Assembly (NCBI GenBank): GCA_003345545.1
Contig: PRDH01000037.1
Span: 1 to 64,000, forward strand
Direction of reading: 5' to 3'
DNA length: 64,000 bases
Origin: Candidatus Thorarchaeota archaeon
GTDB lineage: Archaea; Asgardarchaeota; Thorarchaeia; Thorarchaeales; Thorarchaeaceae
In this document: in pieces, positions 1 through 9,197 of the stretch
Position numbering within the stretch: the first letter of the stretch is position 1
Layout of the letters: each line of letters starts with the position of its first letter
Notes under the pieces: model-generated
Told to the model about the DNA's origin: nothing
Database searches by the model: none
The model's input: only the letters and a program-made list of their open reading frames with translations
Made by a program: the position numbers and the translations under genes

Positions 1-174
1 AGGTACGGCGAATCTGTCATGGGCACAGTTGAAGCGGGCAACACATTCACTCTGGAACTCTATGTCACAACGAAAGGCTATGGTCAGGTCAGTCTTGAGG
101 AAGATGTCTTAGTCACGAAGTCCGGCTGTGAATTCCTATCTAATCCCCAGAAACGGCTGATCTGTATAGGTTAG
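1..174 (+). CDS. M24 (Xaa-Pro peptidase-like) metallopeptidase, C-terminal fragment, 5' truncated by window
   Basis: Frame 1 translates RYGESVMGTVEAGNTFTLELYVTTKGYGQVSLEEDVLVTKSGCEFLSNPQKRLICIG*. FTLE...V.LEEDV.VT..G.E.LS is the typical M24 C-terminus. Not in ORF track. Confidence 0.75.
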   Translation, partial: RYGESVMGTVEAGNTFTLELYVTTKGYGQVSLEEDVLVTKSGCEFLSNPQKRLICIG

Positions 175-338
175 GGTTTCCACAGACTCAATCTCTCGTC
201 TATAGATCCAACCTTTTGCATCATATATGGTTCAGCCAGTAAGCTCTTGATTGGATCAGATTACGCTCCTGTCCGGTCTCTCAATAATTGATGACACAGA
301 ATCCGTCTACTGTCTTGAGCTTTCAGAAGAGGTAGTCA

Positions 339-2180
339 TCATGACATGTACGGGTCCTCATGCACATCAATGTCGGCATACCCTGCGTCTTTGAGAAGGT
401 CCTCGATCGACTCGGCTCCGGTAATCCATGAGATACCCCAAGTATTGTCTTCTTTCAAACGCAGTTCGACATCAGGGAGGTCTCCAAGCAGATTATGGTC
501 CATCTCAATAGCATCTTGGTATGCTCCGACCAATGGAATTACAAAATAGGATCCTGGAACACTGTCCAGCACTCCCACAGGAATTCCTTTATCCATCTTT
601 CCTCCTGGCATCGTGACTGGTCTGTTGTCTTTTGTGAACCAGGTCTTCTCTGTGTGCTGTCTATAGAAGTCTGCTATCTCGCCGTCTGAATCGCATGTGA
701 TATCAACCAGTCTCACAGTGCTCTGCGGGTGAATGTGCAGGTCACGAGTTGGAATGACCGGGAAGTGCTGTTGAACCATTACGTGGTCAGCTATGCTGTT
801 GAATACACTGAAGTTCCCAATGACAATGTGTTCAGGATACCAGAAACTTCTCTCCAACTTGTCAGATGAATAAGTCGGTAAGTTCATCTCCCTGAGTCTG
901 GCTCTCACTGCTGTTTCCAGTTTTCCAACGACCATTTCTCTCACGTGTATGGCCTCGAGTCCCGCAAGAGTCATGCCTCCAAAACGCTCGTGGAATTCAT
1001 TCCAGAGACTGACCATTTTTTCGAGTGTGTTGGCATTGTGGATTCTTGTCAGATAGTCTTCCTCAGCTCGAGCGGTTTCCGATTCATGCGTGTCACCAGG
1101 GGTAGGAAAAACCGACCTGAGTTCGAGTGCATGAACGACAATGAGCGCTGCAAGGGCGGTAACAGCCCGCCCCGCTTCTATCATGATGTTTGGCTCTGGA
1201 TGCCTCTTGGAATCTCTCTCAATCTGTGCTTTTACTCCGGTGACAATATTGTAGGCATACTGATACATCAGGTCTGGGGGATATGAGCCAGCATAGTCGA
1301 TTGCCAAGCCTCCACCGAAATCTATGTTCTCCAAGTTTGATAGTCCCATCTCCCGGAGCTCAGAGTAGAGCTTGGTCAGGAAGCTGCCGAATCTTGTGAA
1401 TGCATCAAGGCCAGTGATCTGTGATCCTGCATGGCCAAGAATCGATTTAACCGATTCCGCAAAGCCTGACTGCTTCAACAGCTCAACAACATTGTAGAGG
1501 TCATGAATACTGAGACCGAATTTTGAGTCACGTCCTGTTGAATGGGACCAATGTCCCTCAACATTGAGGTATGGTTTGATGCGCAGTATCAAGTGTGTCT
1601 TTTGGGGTTTGAAATGCTTCACGACGAGTCGTGCCTCTTGTACTGATTCAATCGAGATTCCAATATTCCATCCACTGTCCATACTCGCTTGGATTAGTTT
1701 GAGGTACTTCGGGTCCTTTGTACCATTACAGACAATCTGGCGGTGTTTTTCGTTTTCTGTCAACTTCTTGATCAGGAGCAATTCAGGCTTGGTACCTGCC
1801 TCAAGGCCGTACTCCGAATCGGTTCTAATGACGGCTGTAACAAAGTCCTTGCGTTGGTTGACTTTGACGGGATAGATTCCAATGAATTTTCCTCTGTATC
1901 CCAACTCATCAAAGACTCGCTCAAATGATGCCTTGAGTTTTTTGACCTGATAGGTGATTAGCTGAGGTATGCGGAGTGTGAAAGACGAAGTATATCTAGT
2001 CCCATTCTCGCTCATGCTATTGACACTTCGGACTAATTCCTGGAATGTAATCCTGTGCTTACCTAGCTTGACGCATAGATTGCCATCCTCAGTGATGTCT
2101 AGGAAATGGAGGTCATTTCTACCCACTCCGAATACTGCCTTCGATTTCTCAGCTGACCAAATTTCTTCTGTCATCATCAA
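339..2180 (-). CDS. speA: Biosynthetic arginine decarboxylase (PLP, fold-type III)
   Basis: YPVKVNQ (PLP Lys), GLEAGTKPEL, SKFGLS, DFGGGLAIDY, DITCDSDG, GAYQD..HNLLG. Confidence 0.9.
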   Translation of the reverse strand: MMMTEEIWSAEKSKAVFGVGRNDLHFLDITEDGNLCVKLGKHRITFQELVRSVNSMSENGTRYTSSFTLRIPQLITYQVKKLKASFERVFDELGYRGKFIGIYPVKVNQRKDFVTAVIRTDSEYGLEAGTKPELLLIKKLTENEKHRQIVCNGTKDPKYLKLIQASMDSGWNIGISIESVQEARLVVKHFKPQKTHLILRIKPYLNVEGHWSHSTGRDSKFGLSIHDLYNVVELLKQSGFAESVKSILGHAGSQITGLDAFTRFGSFLTKLYSELREMGLSNLENIDFGGGLAIDYAGSYPPDLMYQYAYNIVTGVKAQIERDSKRHPEPNIMIEAGRAVTALAALIVVHALELRSVFPTPGDTHESETARAEEDYLTRIHNANTLEKMVSLWNEFHERFGGMTLAGLEAIHVREMVVGKLETAVRARLREMNLPTYSSDKLERSFWYPEHIVIGNFSVFNSIADHVMVQQHFPVIPTRDLHIHPQSTVRLVDITCDSDGEIADFYRQHTEKTWFTKDNRPVTMPGGKMDKGIPVGVLDSVPGSYFVIPLVGAYQDAIEMDHNLLGDLPDVELRLKEDNTWGISWITGAESIEDLLKDAGYADIDVHEDPYMS

Positions 2181-2206
2181 TACCCCTGTGTTGCCAGATG
2201 AACATG

Positions 2207-3667
2207 CTATGTTTCTTCGTCCTCTTTGATCGAGTCCAGCATTCCCTGGAATGCGCGTGCTAGCTCACCAATCTCATCGTCTTTTGAGATATAGGATTGG
2301 TCTACTTGCAGATCTTGCGTGTCAAGCGGTTGATCCTTGATTCTTGCAGCCGCATTTCTCGTTGCCAGATCCATCAGGTATTGCAGCGGCCGAGTCACTG
2401 TGTTTGCGACCGAAACTGCCACGATACCTGCTATGATGATGCCCCCAACCGTCACAAAGAGAATGAAGGCTGCAGCTTGGGCATTAGCAGCAAGTATTCT
2501 CTGTTGGAGGGGAGGAATGGCCTGCAGAACTTCATCAAGAGGAACTGCGATTGCGCAGATGTAGTTCCCCTTGCCTACAGGAGTGTAGACCAAGATGCGT
2601 TCAGTTCCATCCCGAGTGTACCTTAGGGCTCCCGATGCACCTGGAGCAATCATGGTATTAATCTGCGATTGAAGAAGTGCGGGGCTATCATCTTCGTTTG
2701 CCTCAATATTCACGAGATTGGGCAGTCCTGCTATGTACGCGGTATCTGGAACCTCGGGATGTGCAACCACAAGTCCATCAGAGTCAATGAGGAATGCATA
2801 ACCTGATTCAAGAACCTTGACATCGATTACTTTCGAACGGATATCCTCGATTGTGATGTCCCCTGAGATGACTGCTCGCGGCTGATAGTTCCAGTACACC
2901 ACCTTTCCGATCGAAATCAGGAGTACATTATCAAACTCGTCGTAATATGGTTCAACGAAGACAGTTTCGCCATCGCCTCCCCATATATCGCTATACCAGT
3001 CCTCGCCTCTAGGATCGTAAGGGTCCGTGTTTCTATCTGAGTCAGTACCCGCAAGTATGCTACCTGGGTAGTTGATGAATAGTCCATCATCAGCAAATGC
3101 GATATAGAGCCATCTGAATTCAACTTGGTCATGAATCGCCTTGAAGATGTAGTCCATATTAGAAACGCGACCAAGCTTGTCACCGCTTATAGGATCAGAT
3201 TCATAGTCATCGTAGTTCGTTGAGTCCGTACCTGAAACGTACCAGCTGCTGTACGTCCAGGATACATTGAGTCCATAATTGTCGTCATACGCACTATCGG
3301 CTGGATCAGGTGCGACTGTGTCATTCTCAAACAGAAGGTCATAGTAGACGATTCGATTGGCATATGTTGAACCACCATCGAATAATGCCTGCAATTCCTC
3401 AGCTGCCGCTTCGATCATTCCCTGTGCGCTTGACAACTTCTGATGAATCACCAATGCTGTCTTCTGGGCCGTCTGTTCCATATTGGTCTGAATCTGGGTT
3501 TCGAGCGCAAGTGAACTCTGGTCCCTTGTGAATCCACCTATGATGTCCACAAAGGTAAGCGAAACAAATCCGGTCACTGAGAGCGACAGTAATGATATCA
3601 CCAAGAAGGTGAGAATCACGTTTGTTCTGAATTTTCCTTTTTTCTTGGTCTGAGTTGTGAGTGACAT
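2207..3667 (-). CDS. Membrane receptor: TM - double Cache - TM - HAMP, no output domain
   Basis: N-terminal TM; YDPRGEDWY...EPYYD...ISGD; GYAFLIDSDGLVVAHP; second TM; HAMP VTRPL...DEIGELARAF, then stop. Confidence 0.85.
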   Translation of the reverse strand: MSLTTQTKKKGKFRTNVILTFLVISLLSLSVTGFVSLTFVDIIGGFTRDQSSLALETQIQTNMEQTAQKTALVIHQKLSSAQGMIEAAAEELQALFDGGSTYANRIVYYDLLFENDTVAPDPADSAYDDNYGLNVSWTYSSWYVSGTDSTNYDDYESDPISGDKLGRVSNMDYIFKAIHDQVEFRWLYIAFADDGLFINYPGSILAGTDSDRNTDPYDPRGEDWYSDIWGGDGETVFVEPYYDEFDNVLLISIGKVVYWNYQPRAVISGDITIEDIRSKVIDVKVLESGYAFLIDSDGLVVAHPEVPDTAYIAGLPNLVNIEANEDDSPALLQSQINTMIAPGASGALRYTRDGTERILVYTPVGKGNYICAIAVPLDEVLQAIPPLQQRILAANAQAAAFILFVTVGGIIIAGIVAVSVANTVTRPLQYLMDLATRNAAARIKDQPLDTQDLQVDQSYISKDDEIGELARAFQGMLDSIKEDEET

Positions 3668-3683
3668 CTCTTCATCTACCTCC

Positions 3684-6539
3684 TTAGTAATCTACTGTTG
3701 TTCCTCCAACTTCGAGCTGTGCCATTAGCACGCCTACCTTGTCAAAGGCTTTCTCGATGTCCATGCGAACGTCGATACTATCGACCACTGACAAGTATTG
3801 CCCCTGTGGTATATTGTTGCAGATCGAATCGAGGAGTTCCTCGGTGGTCATCTGTTGTCCTGTCTTGGGCGAGCGCACTCTCTTTCCGTCAACTGCTGCC
3901 TTTAGTTCTTCACCAACGCCGATCACTATGAGATTCACGTCAAGATGGTTATCACGGATGAATCCCTCGATTGTCAACTTCCTCCTTCTCTTCAGACGGT
4001 CATTCTGAGTGAATATGCCTTCTAGCGCATCGAGAGAATATGTCTTCGAGCTGTTGTCCTGACCATCAGACAGTGCGATGACCCACCGATGCTCGCTCGA
4101 CTCTATTTTGTTCAATTCCTCCAGAGCCCGACCCAACGCGTCGTAGAACGCAGTTGCATAATTGGGATACTTCAGAGCATCAAGAGCTCGAACAATAGGG
4201 CTTTCGTCTTCGCCGTATTCGCCCTTGAGAGTGAGGGGCAAAACCTCGCGATATGTGGTATTGAAGATTATAATCGACACAGCATCCTGTGGATTCACTT
4301 GGCTACGGAGGATTTCTCTTGCTCCGGTAACAGCTGCCTTGATCCTCTGCTGTGCCTGCATGCTACCTGAGTAGTCGATCACAAAGGTAACGCTCTTCTT
4401 GTATAGAATGGAGCGCCTAAGCCTCTCAGCTTTCCTTCGAACATCATGACTCGGTTTGTTCAACTGGTCTAGAACATCAGCAAGCCGCTGCATGGCGAAA
4501 ACGACGAGCCACAACTCATCAGTTGCTTCTCCAAGCTTGACTGCATCACTATAGGACTTCTCCGCTTTTTTCCAGTTGCCTTGAACCTGGAACAGCTCAC
4601 CCTCGTGATAACTGATGTAAGCCAAGCTTCTCTCATAGTTGATGGATTTCGCAGTCTCTTCTGCCTCACTGAAACGAGACTGGGCTTGACTGTATCGGCC
4701 ATCCTTCATGAGAACAAGTCCCATGGCGTCATAGCGTCTGGCCAGGCCGTAGGCATTCTTTTGCGTCATGTCAATAGCTTGGGCATCTTCAAGTAGCTTC
4801 ATCGCGGCCTCAAAATTGCCACGGTCCATCTCCACGAGCGCCATGTTGTGATAGATAGACGCGATTCGGGTCATGGCATCCTTCTCATCGGTGCCGTCTT
4901 CCTTGGCTCTTTCGAGTAGCTTGTTCGAGATGGTCAGTGACTGGCCATAGTAGTCTATGGCATTCGCTGTGTCACCACGCTGTCGGAAGACATTCCCAAT
5001 GTTCAGCAGCATTGTCTGTTCTCCCGCTTCAATCTTCAACCTTCTGCTGATCTCTAGTAGATTCTCATAGTTGGCAAGTGCCCTCCTGAGGTCTCCACGT
5101 ATGAATGCTTGATTTCCGAAACGCATTGCCTCCTGGAAGCTTAGCAGAGCATCGACCGTGGTCCCCACTTCTTCGTACATTGCCCCCGCAGTCGTTACAC
5201 CTCTTGTGAAGTCTTGTCGAGCCATCTTCTGTACTAGACGGGTCATCTCGGTTATTGGCTCGACCACAGCTCTTCCTCGTCTAGTTGAAACAACGGATAC
5301 AACAGCTGCCACGGCAATCAAGATGCCACCAAGCACAGCAGTAAGGATAAGCGTTCGAGTTGCCACAAGATTGAGAATGTCTATTGCTGGTGCAATGACA
5401 TCAGATTCCGGCACCACGACAGCTAGTATGTAATTAGTGCCCTTGATCTGTACAAAAGCCATGTGCCAAGTGTTAGCATTCTTTTGATACTCAAGTAGTC
5501 CTGACTCTTCACCAATTACTTGCGTTGTCAAAAGGTTCCTGAACGCTATAGCTTCCGAAGTCACGTTTCCAAACTCGAGTATCTCGATGGGTGCGACCTC
5601 TTCATCCAGGGATTGGTCCTTGTGGGCAACAACATTTGCAGAAGTGTCTAGCATGAAGGCATACCCATTCGTCGACACATTCAGATTCAATACTCTGTCA
5701 AGTACTGTTGCCATCGTGACGTCTGCGGACACAACACCGATGAGCGTGCCATTATCGTATCTCACGGGTCTGCCCATTGATATGACCAGGCCGACTGGGT
5801 CGACATATGGTGCAGTGAGAATGACGCTGTCATTGCCAGGTGCGATGGTGGCCACATTTGTGTACCATTCTTGTGCATTGGCATCATAGTCTAGGCCAGG
5901 TCCATCGTAGTTAACAAAATAGCTCAAGTCATCAAAGGGATAGTTCTTGAAGAGATGCTGGTCAGACACTCCTAGGTCATATCCCATGTAGAGCCACTTG
6001 TAGTCCTCATTCATCTCGTGAAGCGCTTTGAAGATGTTGATCATATTTGACGAGTAGTCAAGAGCAACCTGGGTGCTTGGGGAGAAATCGTGTGGGTCAT
6101 TGTTGTTCCATTCAGAGCGTGGAATGAAGTAGCAATCGGCTGCAAAGGAGATGAATTCCGATTCATAGGCTTCGACAATTTCGTCATCTGTTTCGAATGT
6201 ACCCAAAAGATCTGACCATTGAGGTTCTTCACTAATGTTCCAATAATAGCTATACTGTGGAGTTGCTGAGATCCTGCCATTGAATAGATCTTCGCAATAA
6301 GCCTCCAACATATACACTCCATCAATATAGCTCTTCCACCTCTCTTCAATGAAGAGAGCAGTATCGTTTGAGAGTCTCTGGAGGTTGGCCAATTCCTCGG
6401 CCTTCAGTGCTGAAGCAGCATCCCCTGCATTGGCATTTGAAACTGTGAATATCTCACCCACTGACAGAGCCGAGATTACCAGCATCGGCACCAGCGCGAC
6501 AACCACGAACGTAACAACGATTCTTCTCGAAATGTCCAT
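3684..6539 (-). CDS. Membrane receptor: TM - double Cache - TM - HAMP - TPR repeats - VWA
   Basis: YDANAQEWY...APYVD...VSAD; GYAFMLD; HAMP; TPR helices (NIGNVFRQRGD..AIDYY, HNMALVEMDRGNFEAA); VWA with MIDAS DYSGS...T...SDG. Confidence 0.85.
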   Translation of the reverse strand: MDISRRIVVTFVVVALVPMLVISALSVGEIFTVSNANAGDAASALKAEELANLQRLSNDTALFIEERWKSYIDGVYMLEAYCEDLFNGRISATPQYSYYWNISEEPQWSDLLGTFETDDEIVEAYESEFISFAADCYFIPRSEWNNNDPHDFSPSTQVALDYSSNMINIFKALHEMNEDYKWLYMGYDLGVSDQHLFKNYPFDDLSYFVNYDGPGLDYDANAQEWYTNVATIAPGNDSVILTAPYVDPVGLVISMGRPVRYDNGTLIGVVSADVTMATVLDRVLNLNVSTNGYAFMLDTSANVVAHKDQSLDEEVAPIEILEFGNVTSEAIAFRNLLTTQVIGEESGLLEYQKNANTWHMAFVQIKGTNYILAVVVPESDVIAPAIDILNLVATRTLILTAVLGGILIAVAAVVSVVSTRRGRAVVEPITEMTRLVQKMARQDFTRGVTTAGAMYEEVGTTVDALLSFQEAMRFGNQAFIRGDLRRALANYENLLEISRRLKIEAGEQTMLLNIGNVFRQRGDTANAIDYYGQSLTISNKLLERAKEDGTDEKDAMTRIASIYHNMALVEMDRGNFEAAMKLLEDAQAIDMTQKNAYGLARRYDAMGLVLMKDGRYSQAQSRFSEAEETAKSINYERSLAYISYHEGELFQVQGNWKKAEKSYSDAVKLGEATDELWLVVFAMQRLADVLDQLNKPSHDVRRKAERLRRSILYKKSVTFVIDYSGSMQAQQRIKAAVTGAREILRSQVNPQDAVSIIIFNTTYREVLPLTLKGEYGEDESPIVRALDALKYPNYATAFYDALGRALEELNKIESSEHRWVIALSDGQDNSSKTYSLDALEGIFTQNDRLKRRRKLTIEGFIRDNHLDVNLIVIGVGEELKAAVDGKRVRSPKTGQQMTTEELLDSICNNIPQGQYLSVVDSIDVRMDIEKAFDKVGVLMAQLEVGGTTVDY

Positions 6540-6603
6540 CTTCCCTTTTTCACCTACAGTGCTGAATTATACCTACACGCAATAACATCTTTGCCTCTCT
6601 TTC

Positions 6604-8058
6604 CTACCCCGCTTGAGCCCTCAATTCCTCGATCAGCTTGCCAACGAAGTATTCCATATCCGTCTTCTCACTTGGAATGAATCGCTCTCCTTCAAATGTT
6701 CCCTTAACAATGCCCTCACCTAGAAGGATTATCAGAGTCCTTCTGAGGATTGTTCGATCTACACCCGTCTGCCTCTCCATACGAGCGACATCCACACTGT
6801 CAGTCTCTTTGAGCAGATTCAGCAATGTGGTTTCGATATTGTTGATATCTTTCTCTCCAATCTTGACCGACTTCTTACGCTTCTTGAACTCTGTCCTAAC
6901 AAACGTGCTACCATCCAGATGTCCGTCTATGGCTTCGCTCTTGATCATAGCCTGCAGGCTCCTGCGCAGGTTATAGGCTGCAGGTCTGGGCAGTGTCTTT
7001 CGAAGAATCCTGTCTAGGTCCTTCAACTTGATCTGGTTGTGCTTTGAGGTGATCGAATCTATGCTCTCCTGGATGTATTCCTCAATGACGTATTCTTCAA
7101 TCAACTGAAGAGGTGCTCCGCAAGCTGCACACTCTGATGCCTCTGGCGACGTTGGAGCTCCACAGTTGCCACACTTTATTGCCCTACGATACAGTATCTC
7201 CTTGGTTGAGCCAATCTGTTGAAGAATCACTCTCTCGCTTCTCGATGCCTTCCCTGACTGCTCAACTTCCCAGAAGCTGAGTCTGTTGTCCTTCGTGCTC
7301 ACCACAAGGTAAGCGATATCTGAGATCTCATCAGGCACGCCTGTTGCCATGGCGCGTGGAACATCGCTCTCCTCAATCTGTGCAATCTCATTGCCGTCAA
7401 TGTCCCAGACTCGGAGAATGGGCGTCATATCCCCTGTAACGAAAAGCTTTCTCTCTTCGAACGACAGAACTGCGAAGACTGTAATCTTGTCGCCTAGCTG
7501 AAGTTCACGCAAGAAATACCCTGCAGAGGTCAGTATGCTCACTTTTCCAGTCATCTCTGCAATGACAACCTCAAGCTCATTATCAGTCGTGATGTCCTCA
7601 AGCCAAACATCTGATATGGGCTGATTCACATTCCTTGTGAAAATCGCATCCTTGTCATCGTTATACAGGATGACTCTGTTGTTCTCCAAAGCGACAACGA
7701 CTTCAGCTGCGTCATCACCGTCAACATCCCGGGCATCGCAAGCAACTACATCACTCTCAAGGTTGATGTTCCAGACTGTGCTGCCTCGATGATCTACGAC
7801 AAGGACCTTCTTGCCGACGCCGCCCACCAGTGAATCTTGGCCTTCTCCTTCGACATCTGCAACGGCAATACATCTGACCTTGCTGCTCCATTTTCGCGTG
7901 CTCGTGAGAGCACCCGTTGCGTCGAAGACACGAAGCCTATCGCCATAGTCTAGCGAGAAGACCTGCGTGCTAGCGTCTCTTCTCTGTCGGACATAGACCG
8001 AGTATACATTTGACACAGTGGGTACACTCGCAACCTCGCGAATCTTCAAACCGCTCAT
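6604..8058 (-). CDS. FG-GAP/WD-like beta-propeller + double zinc ribbon + two PCI/UFL1-like winged-helix domains
   Basis: Repeats ADVEGEG, RDVDGDDAAEVVV, EDITTDNELEVVI; CGNCG..ECAACG; two WH-like ends (AIDGHLDGSTF, IVKGTFEGERF). Start moved to ATG 8058 to avoid overlap with the divergent gene. Confidence 0.7.
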   Translation of the reverse strand: MSGLKIREVASVPTVSNVYSVYVRQRRDASTQVFSLDYGDRLRVFDATGALTSTRKWSSKVRCIAVADVEGEGQDSLVGGVGKKVLVVDHRGSTVWNINLESDVVACDARDVDGDDAAEVVVALENNRVILYNDDKDAIFTRNVNQPISDVWLEDITTDNELEVVIAEMTGKVSILTSAGYFLRELQLGDKITVFAVLSFEERKLFVTGDMTPILRVWDIDGNEIAQIEESDVPRAMATGVPDEISDIAYLVVSTKDNRLSFWEVEQSGKASRSERVILQQIGSTKEILYRRAIKCGNCGAPTSPEASECAACGAPLQLIEEYVIEEYIQESIDSITSKHNQIKLKDLDRILRKTLPRPAAYNLRRSLQAMIKSEAIDGHLDGSTFVRTEFKKRKKSVKIGEKDINNIETTLLNLLKETDSVDVARMERQTGVDRTILRRTLIILLGEGIVKGTFEGERFIPSEKTDMEYFVGKLIEELRAQAG

Positions 8059-8112
8059 AGCACCTTCTTCAGCATTGTTGCATATCCATATAAGTTTGCT
8101 AGGCCTCCAAGG

Positions 8113-9195
8113 ATGATGATGAGAAAAGCTGCCAAATGCAGTGTCGGCTTTCTTTGGAGTCCCCTTCTCGAAACCTTTGACTTTGGAAAGAAACATCCTA
8201 TTCGAGTGGGACGCTTCAAGATGATACATGACTTTGTGGAAGAGCAAGGCTTCCTCGATCTACCCAGTGTCCGAGTCATCACTCCTGAACCATTGTCTGA
8301 AGAACTATTGAGAGTCATTCATGCTGAGGGTTACATCGCGAGTGTTCAGAGAATCTCCGAGTCTGGTGTCGGCGAGATTGACATCGATACGCCGGGATTC
8401 AAGGGGATTTACACCAATGCACGAATTGTCTCTGGTGCATCGGTCACGGGAGTCAAAGCAGTTCTATCAGGTGAAATAGACCACTTTGTTTCACCCACGG
8501 GCGGGTTCCATCATGCCATGTATGAACATGGGGGTGGTTTCTGCATCTTCAACGACGTCGCAGCCTGCGTCTATGAACTGAAACAGAGAGGTGTCGAGAG
8601 AGTCCTCATAGCTGATTTCGATGTACACCATGGTAACGGAACTCAGGAGTATTTCTATGATGACCCCGGTGTGATGCAGATCTCTTTTCATGAGGACCCT
8701 GAGTGGATGTATCCTCATGATGGTTTCATTGAAGACATTGGGGCGGGAGCAGGTCAGGGATTCAACATTAACATGCCTTTTCCAATGGACTCTGGCGACG
8801 AGGTCTACAGATATGCCTTCGATAGACTAGTGCCCAAACTAATTCACTACTACAGACCTCAGTTCATCCTGTTCATACCTGGCTTCGATGCGCACTATTT
8901 GGACCGACTTGCTCACCTCAAACTGACCACTGATATGACTCGCTACATAACGTCGGGGATTCATAGGGCTGCTCATGATTACTGCAATGGAAAGATGGGC
9001 GCTATGACTGGGGGCGGGTATCACCCAGATTCTCTACTGTGGGGCATCGGAACTGTGATATCAGAACTCTCCGGAGCTCCCTATGACCCCCCTCCACAGA
9101 AGGCTCCATTCAAAGATAACAAGGAAACATGGGATGAGGTAAAGGCCAATGTTGCCAGATTGGAGGAATTGGTCTTCCCGATTCTTGGTATATAG
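8113..9195 (+). CDS. Histone deacetylase-family Zn deacetylase (AcuC/acetylpolyamine amidohydrolase-like)
   Basis: HP, GGFHHA, GFCIFND, DFDVHHGNGTQ, GFDAH..D, GGGY. Confidence 0.92.
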   Translation: MMMRKAAKCSVGFLWSPLLETFDFGKKHPIRVGRFKMIHDFVEEQGFLDLPSVRVITPEPLSEELLRVIHAEGYIASVQRISESGVGEIDIDTPGFKGIYTNARIVSGASVTGVKAVLSGEIDHFVSPTGGFHHAMYEHGGGFCIFNDVAACVYELKQRGVERVLIADFDVHHGNGTQEYFYDDPGVMQISFHEDPEWMYPHDGFIEDIGAGAGQGFNINMPFPMDSGDEVYRYAFDRLVPKLIHYYRPQFILFIPGFDAHYLDRLAHLKLTTDMTRYITSGIHRAAHDYCNGKMGAMTGGGYHPDSLLWGIGTVISELSGAPYDPPPQKAPFKDNKETWDEVKANVARLEELVFPILGI

Positions 9196-9197
9196 TT

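Noticed and set aside
8059-8247. N-terminal 63 aa of ORF 6604..8247 in the track
   Set aside because: Overlaps the divergent HDAC gene and looks non-protein-like; ATG 8058 with an AAGGTG RBS is the better start
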